A stretch of 64,000 nucleotides of DNA from a virus (lineage: Duplodnaviria > Caudoviricetes). The stretch is taken from IMG/VR virus record IMGVR_UViG_3300027881_000012, positions 1,065 to 65,064 of that record, one strand, 5' to 3'. Positions 47,495 to 55,219 of the stretch are shown here, piece by piece (the first letter of the stretch is position 1; each line of letters begins with the position of its first letter). Position numbers and translations under genes: made by a program. Under the pieces are notes generated by a model. The model was not told where the DNA came from, searched no databases, and saw only the letters and a list, made by a program, of their open reading frames with translations.

Positions 47495-48157
47495 TTAGGT
47501 CTGGCGTTGCCTGGGCCGGCCGGTATCCAGCTGCAAGGCCACTGCAAAGCGTTGATAAAACACTTGTGATCGCGGAGTGTTGCCTGGATTATCGCTATCA
47601 TCGTCATAAAACATATAAAGCATGCCGTTGTGAATCGCGTCGATATATTGATCCTCGAGCGGGATGGTTAGCAGTTTCCAATCTCCGCTTACGTCATAAG
47701 TTATCGGCGTCGGTAAGGTGCTCATTTGAATTAAAACGTAAACTTGGTCTTGGCTATGCACTGGCGGATAAACATAATAGCGTTTGCGATCGTTATCATC
47801 TTTCATAAAGTGCTCAATGACGGTGGCCTCCGGATCCGAGGCCCATTGTGGATACACATCATTGAATATTTTTAGCGTGGTTTCGCGCAGCGGGTCGCCA
47901 GGTACTTGGCCGTCGGATCCCATATTTAGGGGAATATCAACAAGCTCGATAGCCTTTGCCGGCAAATATTGAAGTACACCAGGCGCCAATAATTGAGCCT
48001 CGGTATCGCTATGCAGCCTGGGCACTAATAAAATTATGGTCCGGATGCAATTATTAAAAATCGTTATGTTTTCATCCTCGCTCAAATCGTCGTTGCTCTC
48101 ATCGAGGACTTTTCTTTCGAATTGGTCAATGACGCTGCCTACTGTTATTGTTCCCAT
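47495..48157 (-). CDS. Phage adaptor protein (DUF6682-like)
   Basis: L.PG..Q.LP...YYVYPP...Y.DAI...MLY. Confidence 0.65.
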   Translation of the reverse strand: MGTITVGSVIDQFERKVLDESNDDLSEDENITIFNNCIRTIILLVPRLHSDTEAQLLAPGVLQYLPAKAIELVDIPLNMGSDGQVPGDPLRETTLKIFNDVYPQWASDPEATVIEHFMKDDNDRKRYYVYPPVHSQDQVYVLIQMSTLPTPITYDVSGDWKLLTIPLEDQYIDAIHNGMLYMFYDDDSDNPGNTPRSQVFYQRFAVALQLDTGRPRQRQT

Positions 48158-49563
48158 TATTTGACTCCTATTTGCCTGGATCCTAAAGTATCAACCTCGT
48201 AATGCAGGCCGGCCGTAAGCACAAGCGCATCTCCGAGGTATGCGTCGCCGGCTGCCGCTATTCTCCTGGCGGTAAGCAAGAATTGATCGCCCATCTGAAT
48301 GGGCCCGCCATTGTTGCCGCCGGTGGATCCGCTTATGATCGGAAAAACGGAAGTGTTGTTTTTATATTGGGTATCGATCGCGGTTTCGATAACGATTACT
48401 GTTGAGGCATCTATGGTTGCATCAAATCTTACGATCGTATAGGTGAGCTCCCATTTAACAAAATCGGTGCCGCTCGGCGCCGCGATCCCCTGCCAGTGAA
48501 TATGAAATGATATGTCTGTGCCCTCTTTGTAATCGTGCTGGATCTCAAAGGATCCGGAGGCGCTTTCATTCACTGCAAAGGCCAGGGTGTAAATACCGGT
48601 ATCGCCGCCGCCCTCGTCTAAAAACTTTTCCAGGTCCGGTGCAAAGGCCGGTATCGGGTTTAATTGAGCTCCGCCGACGTTTGTATCTTTCCAAACGCCC
48701 TCGGTAAGTTTCACCGTTTTATCGGTACCGCAATTAATGGTTAGATCAATCGGTGTGCCGATATTAGTTATTAGCTGGCCGTCTACAAACTGAATCGGGT
48801 GTTTAAAAATCCACTCATCGATGGCGGTATCAAATTTTAAGGCGTTGTAATCTGTATTCGGGCCTATCCGTAAATTTCCGCCGTTGGCCTCAATCCCAAA
48901 ATTTTCAGCGTTTGAATCGTTTGCAGCATCGTTATAAATGTAAATCGTGCCGCCGCCGGCCCCTATGCCGCCGGTGCCGCCTAATATAAATAACGTGCCT
49001 TGCACCAGGTCGTTTTGACCGATAAGCACATTGGCGTTAGTTCCTAATAAGGATAGGCCGTTGCTTTTCCACTGTCCGACCACTTGGCCATCGATGGTAA
49101 TATCAACCTGGCCAGTGCCGGTGTCGACAACCTCGACCGAGCTGTTACCCTCTGTGATTATGTCCGGTGGGTGTAGGTTGCCATATTCGGTGGCCGTTAA
49201 ATGGTAATACTCGCCGGCGGTACCGCCTTGCTTTCCGGTCGTATCGTTGTGAGCTGGAATTGCGCCCAGGGCGCCATATTCGGCTAAAGTTAAATGATAA
49301 TACTCCGGTCCGGCGCCCTGTTTGGCTGTGGTTTCATTATGAGGGTGAGAATGAGCTCCTGGCAAAACGGTAATCGTGATCGTTTCATCGCCGGCCAGGA
49401 GCTCGATTAATTCGTAATAATCTATAAATCGGAAATTGGTATCGCCCAGGCGCCCCTCGCGTATATCGAGAGTCTGCTTGATCTCTTTTAGGATCTCGAT
49501 AAGCTCCGGATCTTCACTACTTATTACGATGTCCTTTATTGGTGGCGTCGGTGCTGTTGGCAT
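48157..49563 (-). CDS. Virion structural/fibre protein sharing modules with 35237..37219
   Basis: HNxTTxKQG...EYYHLTxxEY x2; DIITEGNSSVEVVDTGTGQ; C-terminal HDYKEGT...HIHW. Confidence 0.65.
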   Translation of the reverse strand: MPTAPTPPIKDIVISSEDPELIEILKEIKQTLDIREGRLGDTNFRFIDYYELIELLAGDETITITVLPGAHSHPHNETTAKQGAGPEYYHLTLAEYGALGAIPAHNDTTGKQGGTAGEYYHLTATEYGNLHPPDIITEGNSSVEVVDTGTGQVDITIDGQVVGQWKSNGLSLLGTNANVLIGQNDLVQGTLFILGGTGGIGAGGGTIYIYNDAANDSNAENFGIEANGGNLRIGPNTDYNALKFDTAIDEWIFKHPIQFVDGQLITNIGTPIDLTINCGTDKTVKLTEGVWKDTNVGGAQLNPIPAFAPDLEKFLDEGGGDTGIYTLAFAVNESASGSFEIQHDYKEGTDISFHIHWQGIAAPSGTDFVKWELTYTIVRFDATIDASTVIVIETAIDTQYKNNTSVFPIISGSTGGNNGGPIQMGDQFLLTARRIAAAGDAYLGDALVLTAGLHYEVDTLGSRQIGVK

Positions 49564-50155
49564 ATTTCTCCAAATCTAAGCCTGGGATCTCCGGATCCAG
49601 TTTGGGCCAATTCTTTTTGACCTTCTTGGCCAGTGCGATTTTAACATCTTCGGGCATTGTGATTATTTGATCGCGGTTCGCCTCTAACCATCCGGAAAAC
49701 CGTTTTTTGTCCAGTGTTTTAAAGCTATTGATAATGGTCTTTATTTTTGCCTCTGCCATGCCGGCTGCCGCGCTTTGTGCCACTGCCGGCGGATCCTCGG
49801 CCGCCTGCTTATCTTCCAGGGCTTTTAGCCTGGCCTCCGGATCCTGGGCCGCCTTTTCCTTTTTTTCGGCCTCGATCTGTTCTCCGTCGGCTATATCCTG
49901 GCGGATCTGCGCCTTTTCTTCCTCGTAAACGCCCTCCGGCGCTGCCAAAATATCCTTTGCGGCCATTTGCTCAACCGGTATCGGCGGGTGATACTCAACA
50001 TAACAATGCGATCCCATATCCAACAACTGCTTGATATGCGCCTCTTTTGTGACGCTGCAAAGCGGGTTTCCGGCCGCGTCCGGTCTAAAAGTGTAGCGAT
50101 AACCTTCAATCACTGCCTCGGTTACGCCCTCGCGCATCGTGCATTTAATCAACAT
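49517..50155 (-). CDS. Hypothetical head-region protein
   Basis: MLIKC..R.G......Y.F.P....C.V....H...LL; AGGAGG SD. Confidence 0.65.
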   Translation of the reverse strand: MLIKCTMREGVTEAVIEGYRYTFRPDAAGNPLCSVTKEAHIKQLLDMGSHCYVEYHPPIPVEQMAAKDILAAPEGVYEEEKAQIRQDIADGEQIEAEKKEKAAQDPEARLKALEDKQAAEDPPAVAQSAAAGMAEAKIKTIINSFKTLDKKRFSGWLEANRDQIITMPEDVKIALAKKVKKNWPKLDPEIPGLDLEKYANSTDATNKGHRNK

Positions 50156-50180
50156 AATAGGCCTCCTGTCCTTTAGTTGC

Positions 50181-50205
50181 GGGCGGACCGCCTGCCGGCC
50201 CGCCC
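50181..50205 (-). promoter_or_regulatory. GC-rich hairpin after the capsid/cement genes (stabiliser or partial terminator)
   Basis: GGGCGGGCCG-GCAGG-CGGUCCGCCC; no U-tract. Confidence 0.4.
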
Positions 50206-50252
50206 TTCATTAGGTGCCTGGTCAACTATTGTTCAATTAAAGACCGAGCCTA

Positions 50253-50729
50253 TTAAACGTCTTGCTGCTCCTGGGCTCGATAAGTGAGGATCCCGCGCAC
50301 TGCTCCGACTCCGCCGCCGGCCGGTGCTGTCGTGACTTTCAAAGCCACAATGGCCTCGACGGTCTGCGAATATGCGGCCCGCAGATTGTCGAAAGACGCA
50401 GCGATCCATTCCTTTGCCTGTATGCCGCCTGCCTGGCCCACTGTCGAATCGACAAAGAAATTGTAGTTGGTGAGAATGTCGGTGCCAGCTCGCAGCATAA
50501 GCGCCGCTGTCAAAGTGAGATCCGCCACTGTGTCAAGATCCTCACTTTCCAGTACAAAATCCAGCGGGATGCACTTAGGCGGTAGGACGCAGAGCTGCAC
50601 AAGATCGTCTACCACTAAGGCCGTCACAATATCGATATAGCCATCGCTGACATATACCTCGCCGGCCGAATGAGGGCTCTTGCCTGGCGCCTTTTCCCCT
50701 GCCATGTTTGCGATATAAATTTCTGCCAT
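50253..50729 (-). CDS. Capsid cement/decoration protein
   Basis: Directly after MCP; D.V.L..LP.......L...DLD; beta-rich. Confidence 0.65.
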   Translation of the reverse strand: MAEIYIANMAGEKAPGKSPHSAGEVYVSDGYIDIVTALVVDDLVQLCVLPPKCIPLDFVLESEDLDTVADLTLTAALMLRAGTDILTNYNFFVDSTVGQAGGIQAKEWIAASFDNLRAAYSQTVEAIVALKVTTAPAGGGVGAVRGILTYRAQEQQDV

Positions 50730-50809
50730 GATTTTTCCTCCTGTAAAATTCGGTTAATATCGAATGATAATTTTACAAATTAAAGGTTAAAGTCAAAAGA
50801 TCCGGCTGT

Positions 50810-51946
50810 TTAGGTGGTCGGATTCTTAGCAGCGGTATCAATTACATAAATACCGTAATCCTTGCCGTTGAAAGTGACCTTTTTCACGCCGAAAATACTG
50901 TGCGTGGTGATAACAAGCTGATTGCCGTTATCGCGGGTTTCCTCGAACCAGCCAAACCTCAAACCGGTGCCAGGGGATCCAAACGCGCAGACTCCCGCCT
51001 GCTCACCCAGGAAAAGGGCTCGGCATGCCTCAATATCGGATCCGGAGCCATAATCATCAAAGCGGATCAGATTTTCGTGTTCGTGCAACACGATATTGTT
51101 ATACATGCCCAGGGCGCCCTTAAAAATCGGGTTGTTACGCCCTTCGGCCGCCGCTGCCGCTTTTTGAATATCGAGCCACTGCCCAACATTCACGTTGGTT
51201 CGCACGTTATAAACTTGCCACGGATTCATAACCGTACAGAAATGGTTTTCACCATTAATCATAATCGGCATGATCTTAGGCGTCTGCGTGTTGCCATCGG
51301 TGCCGGCGTCGCCGCCTCCGGATCCGCCGCCCATCATGGTTGCTACCGCTTTGGCCTTGTCGAGCTCGCTCAGAGTTAAAACATCGGTAACAAGCAAGGT
51401 GGCTTTGGTTTTGCCGTTGGCCACCTGGATATGCTCGCTATCCGGAGCGGTCAATGAATTGCCGGCAAAACCGGTATAGGTTGACGGAAAAACAAACTCG
51501 GCATTGATGCCTCGAGCTCCGGAAAGATACATGAAATGGAGCTCATCGAATACGCGGGCCCACCACTCGCTTTGACGCTTGCGCGATACTTTGCGCAAAT
51601 TGTGGATGGTCCGCTTTCGGGTCATGCGGCCGCCGGAATTCACACCGCCGCGCATCTGGTCGATAAAGACGCCATCGGTGTAAAATTTCAGTTCTTCTTC
51701 CTTGTTCTCGAGAACATCATCCCCCTCGACCGGCTGCATTTTCAGCTGCATGGAAAGATCAAAAGAAATGAATTCGCCGGCGTCATTTTCCAGCTCATTG
51801 AGCTGATGAATGGGCATGCCACTCTCAACTCCCTGGCCAAAAAATTTCCGGCTCCAATAGGAAGTACGCGCTACGTCGACCGCGAGAAATGCCGAATACT
51901 TCTTGACAGCTTTGGGGTCATTTACCCCAATAATTGTTTGTGCCAT
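50810..51946 (-). CDS. Major capsid protein, N4-gp56/DUF4043 family
   Basis: T.IGVNDPKAVKK.S..L; IDQMRGGV..GG.MT.KRT.H.LR; NPIFKGALGMYNN.VLH; RALFLG.QA..AFG. Confidence 0.93.
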   Translation of the reverse strand: MAQTIIGVNDPKAVKKYSAFLAVDVARTSYWSRKFFGQGVESGMPIHQLNELENDAGEFISFDLSMQLKMQPVEGDDVLENKEEELKFYTDGVFIDQMRGGVNSGGRMTRKRTIHNLRKVSRKRQSEWWARVFDELHFMYLSGARGINAEFVFPSTYTGFAGNSLTAPDSEHIQVANGKTKATLLVTDVLTLSELDKAKAVATMMGGGSGGGDAGTDGNTQTPKIMPIMINGENHFCTVMNPWQVYNVRTNVNVGQWLDIQKAAAAAEGRNNPIFKGALGMYNNIVLHEHENLIRFDDYGSGSDIEACRALFLGEQAGVCAFGSPGTGLRFGWFEETRDNGNQLVITTHSIFGVKKVTFNGKDYGIYVIDTAAKNPTT

Positions 51947-52093
51947 TTTATAGCCTCCTGTTCAGATAGTTATGGGTAAAGGTTTAGCAGTTAATAAAAA
52001 ACTCCTGCACTCGCCAGCGCCATCGTCGGCGCCTTTCCGGCTGGCCTCTACCCTGCTCTGTTTTAACAGGGGGCTATAAATGAACCTCGGCCT

Positions 52094-52258
52094 TTAATCT
52101 TCTGATATTTTCTCTTTGGAAATACTCACTTCTTTAGGTGCATCTATGCAAATGCGTACCTTTTTGCCGCTTTTCTTAATCACTTTTAATCTGATTAAGA
52201 TCTTGTCGACGGCTAATTTCACTATTTCGGTTTTGGATACGTCGGTCAGTAATGCCAT
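52094..52258 (-). CDS. csrA: CsrA/RsmA-like small protein (54 aa, not in the ORF track)
   Basis: Hand translation MALLTDVSKTEIVKLAVDKILIRLKVIKKSGKKVRICIDAPKEVSISKEKISED vs CsrA ...[26 protein letters not shown] SD. Confidence 0.75.
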   Translation of the reverse strand: MALLTDVSKTEIVKLAVDKILIRLKVIKKSGKKVRICIDAPKEVSISKEKISED

Positions 52259-52290
52259 TTTCAATCACCTAATCCGCTTTTGTCGTGGCA

Positions 52291-53253
52291 TTAATGATGA
52301 TCCTCGTATTCTTTGAGCTGCGCCGGCGTCAATTTATCCAGGGCCTTTTGAAATTCATCGCCCTCTAAGTTATCGATCGCCGCCCACTTGCTCACATCGG
52401 CGTTATCCTTTGCGGCCGGTACTCTCGCCAGGGTTTCTGGCGGTAGTTTACCGGACTCGGCCGCTTTAGCTGCTTTCAAGGCGTCTTTGGCCCTTTTGTC
52501 GGCTGTTTCTTTTTCGCCGCCGGCCGGCCTGCCGTTTGGTGCTACCGCTCCGGATCCTGGGCCCGCTACGCTGTCAATTTCAGCTGCTACCCGCCTGTGG
52601 GCCTCGTTTAGAATCTGAAAGCCTGGCTGCGTGTTCCATTCCTCATCGGCCAAAAGTGCATTGACCTGGGCTGCAAAGGCGCCATAAATTACCTGTGATT
52701 GATTAAGCTCGGCGTTTGATTGCATGTACCAATCGCGCTCCCACTGCCAGCGTTGCTCTATGGCTCCCTCGTTTTGCATTTCCGCTTGCTCATGGTGCCA
52801 GATTAGCTTTTCCAGCTCTAAACGCTTATCGGTGTACTTCTCATAATCAATATCGCCGTCATCGAATGATTTTCTAAGAGTGACCATTTCTGTATCGATC
52901 TCTTTTAAATCATCCTCTGTTAGCGTTTCCGCCATCGCAACAAAGTGATCCGGTATTGGTTCGGCTGCCTCGGTGGTTTTATCGTCTGTTTTGGTTTCGG
53001 CGCCGGCTTCACCAGCTGCCGCCTCACCCTCGGCCGGCTTATCCCCTTTGGTGGCATCGTCGGCCTCCTTTCCGGTGGGTTTGTCGGCATCCTTGCCGGC
53101 CTCACCCTTATCGGCCGCCTTTGTTTCATCCTCGCCCTTTAGGGCGGCCAATTCTTCTGGCGATAAGCCAATATCGCCTAATTTTTCTTTGTCGGTCCGA
53201 CCGTCGCCGGCCGGAGCCTCTACCTTTGCCTGGTCCTCGGCTTTTGCTACCAT
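52291..53253 (-). CDS. Capsid scaffold protein
   Basis: Acidic and helical, between portal and MCP; C-terminal P.TL..VPAA...L.G..F..AL.KL. Confidence 0.75.
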   Translation of the reverse strand: MVAKAEDQAKVEAPAGDGRTDKEKLGDIGLSPEELAALKGEDETKAADKGEAGKDADKPTGKEADDATKGDKPAEGEAAAGEAGAETKTDDKTTEAAEPIPDHFVAMAETLTEDDLKEIDTEMVTLRKSFDDGDIDYEKYTDKRLELEKLIWHHEQAEMQNEGAIEQRWQWERDWYMQSNAELNQSQVIYGAFAAQVNALLADEEWNTQPGFQILNEAHRRVAAEIDSVAGPGSGAVAPNGRPAGGEKETADKRAKDALKAAKAAESGKLPPETLARVPAAKDNADVSKWAAIDNLEGDEFQKALDKLTPAQLKEYEDHH

Positions 53254-53286
53254 GATCTACCTCCTGGTTAAGTTAAGGATTAATGA

Positions 53287-53556
53287 TTAATCGCCCGCCG
53301 CCTCGGCCATCCGGCGCTTACGCTCTTTAATAATATCCATGACGCCGGCCACCCCGCCGCGTTTCTTTTTCTTTTTAGGCGGTGCTGTGGCCACTGGTTC
53401 TTTTTCCTCGGCTGCCTCGGCTGCTGCTATCTTCATCGGCCGCCTGGGTGGCCTGGTTTCGGCCATCGGTTCACGCCGGCCCATGTAGGCACCATAAATC
53501 GCCTTGCCCATTTCAATTAAACCTGGTTGTTTCTTTTTCTTTTTGTCCTGTGCCAT
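53287..53556 (-). CDS. Small basic protein
   Basis: K/R tracts; GGAGG SD. Confidence 0.65.
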   Translation of the reverse strand: MAQDKKKKKQPGLIEMGKAIYGAYMGRREPMAETRPPRRPMKIAAAEAAEEKEPVATAPPKKKKKRGGVAGVMDIIKERKRRMAEAAGD

Positions 53557-53568
53557 CCTGGGCCTCCT

Positions 53569-53799
53569 TCAATAATTCGATTTTTTGCGCCGGTAGTCTT
53601 GCCGGCCGTAGTTTTTGCGCTCCGGCATACGCCGGCGGTTGCGCATATAAGAATTGTGCTTTTTCTTTTTCCGCTCTTTATCGACTCCCGAAATTCTGCC
53701 TTTATTCTTGCTGGCATAAAAAACGCGCTCGCCCTTTTCGCCGCCATAGGTTTCTTTCATGGCGCCCATGATCTTGCGGCCTTTTTTAGTCAACGGCAT
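53569..53799 (-). CDS. Small basic phage protein (MPLTKKG.KI...M...YG..KG..VFYA type)
   Basis: Recurrent phage motif; AGGAG SD. Confidence 0.75.
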   Translation of the reverse strand: MPLTKKGRKIMGAMKETYGGEKGERVFYASKNKGRISGVDKERKKKKHNSYMRNRRRMPERKNYGRQDYRRKKSNY

Positions 53800-53836
53800 G
53801 GCTAAACTCCTAAATTCTTATTAGGTAAAATCCGGA

Positions 53837-54040
53837 TTAATAGCCCTTATCCCTCGAGCTGTTTTTCACTGGCCGCTTTTGCGGTTTCGGGTTTTTCTTT
53901 TTGCCTGGGCTCTTGCCTCCGGATCCGCTCGCCGCGCCCTCGGTGGCCGCTCTGGTCTGGCCGCCGGCTGGCTTTCCGGTGTAGGTGTCCTTTTGCGGTT
54001 TCCTACCGTGTTTTGATGGTGCTGTTCCTTCTCCTGACAT
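53837..54040 (-). CDS. Small basic disordered protein
   Basis: GGAGG SD; G/K/P/S-rich. Confidence 0.6.
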   Translation of the reverse strand: MSGEGTAPSKHGRKPQKDTYTGKPAGGQTRAATEGAASGSGGKSPGKKKNPKPQKRPVKNSSRDKGY

Positions 54041-54051
54041 TTGGATGCCTC

Positions 54052-54291
54052 CTAACTTTTATTCCAGGGGTTAATATCAACTCTCGGGCCCTCCGGAGTC
54101 ATTAACGATCGGCGGGCCATGAGCTCTTGCTGTGCTTCATGGATCCTGGCCATGCGCTCGGCTTGATCCTTTTTCTTTTTTTTGCGGCCTAAACTGGTGG
54201 CCCTTTCATCTGACGGCCTGGTAACAGTTTGAGATCTGCCTCTGCCGAATGTTGGATAGGTTGAAAATACGCCTTGTGGGTCTGTTGCCAT
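54052..54291 (-). CDS. Small basic protein (start at MATDPQG)
   Basis: TAATG coupling with 54291..54602; GGAG SD. Confidence 0.55.
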   Translation of the reverse strand: MATDPQGVFSTYPTFGRGRSQTVTRPSDERATSLGRKKKKKDQAERMARIHEAQQELMARRSLMTPEGPRVDINPWNKS

Positions 54292-54602
54292 TATCTCGCT
54301 CCAAAAGTAGGCATAGCAGATCGCGCTTGCCGTTTCCGCTTGGCCTCGGCTGTTAGAGCTTTCATCTTGGCCAGGCGCTCTTTGTTCTTTCTCTTTTTTT
54401 CCTCGGCCGCAGCCTTTCTCGCTGCTCCGCCGCCCCATATTGCGCCGGCGCTTATACCTCCGCCCGCTGCCTTTTTGGCTGCCCGCTCGGCTTTATACTC
54501 GGTGCCTGGTGCTGTTTGTGCTTTGGTTGCCGCTCGGCTGGCTGCGATCGCGGCCGTCTTGCCTGGGCCAAATTTCCTTTTTGTCGCTTTGGGTGCTGCC
54601 AT
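54291..54602 (-). CDS. Histone H1-like K/A/R-rich protein
   Basis: AAGGAG SD; amino-acid composition. Confidence 0.65.
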   Translation of the reverse strand: MAAPKATKRKFGPGKTAAIAASRAATKAQTAPGTEYKAERAAKKAAGGGISAGAIWGGGAARKAAAEEKKRKNKERLAKMKALTAEAKRKRQARSAMPTFGAR

Positions 54603-54604
54603 TT

Positions 54605-55219
54605 TTATGCTCCTTGATAGAATCTGGATTTTCTTTTCGCCGGTTGTCGTGCCGCTCTAAAACCTGGTGGCATGTTTGACCGCTTTTGCATATACGCGCC
54701 TAACATCGGCGCCGCTCCTGGGGCTGGTCCGGCCGGTCCGGCCTGCATGGCCGGTGCAAATCGTTGCGCGAGTCTATCACGCAGACCTGTAAAGCTCTTT
54801 GGTGGCCCTGTGACCGGTCCGCCAGCTCCGGCGCCGGCGTCTTGTACTCCCCTGGGCACTGGCCCCATTTCGGCGCCGGCTGCTGGAATAGGCGCCTGGT
54901 TTGGCTGTGCCGGCGGAGCTATCGGCGTTTGTGCGTCGGCCGCTGCCACTTCCGGTATTGCCTCGCCCGAGGTTGTTAAAGGTGGCTGTGGCTGTGGCTG
55001 CGCTGCGCCCCGCTTTCTTCCCATTACGCCCGCAATCCCCCTTTGTGCGGATCCCTGAAAGCCTGGTGTGCCTACTATTCCCCTGGCTTTCTTCATCGCG
55101 CCGAGTGTTCTGCCTGGTCTGAATTCGCCGGTTGATACGTCGCCGCCGCGTTGGCCTCTCATCCGGCCGCCCGCTCGAGCGCCCATAACATTACTTAGTT
55201 GTTTTTTTAGTCGTGGCAT
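54605..55219 (-). CDS. R/G/P/A-rich disordered protein (start at MPRLKK)
   Basis: GGAG SD inside the portal 3' end. Confidence 0.6.
   Translation of the reverse strand: MPRLKKQLSNVMGARAGGRMRGQRGGDVSTGEFRPGRTLGAMKKARGIVGTPGFQGSAQRGIAGVMGRKRGAAQPQPQPPLTTSGEAIPEVAAADAQTPIAPPAQPNQAPIPAAGAEMGPVPRGVQDAGAGAGGPVTGPPKSFTGLRDRLAQRFAPAMQAGPAGPAPGAAPMLGAYMQKRSNMPPGFRAARQPAKRKSRFYQGA

Noticed and set aside
35237-49563. Diversity-generating retroelement or invertible fibre cassette
   Set aside because: No reverse transcriptase or invertase, and no adenine-specific template/variable repeat pair seen
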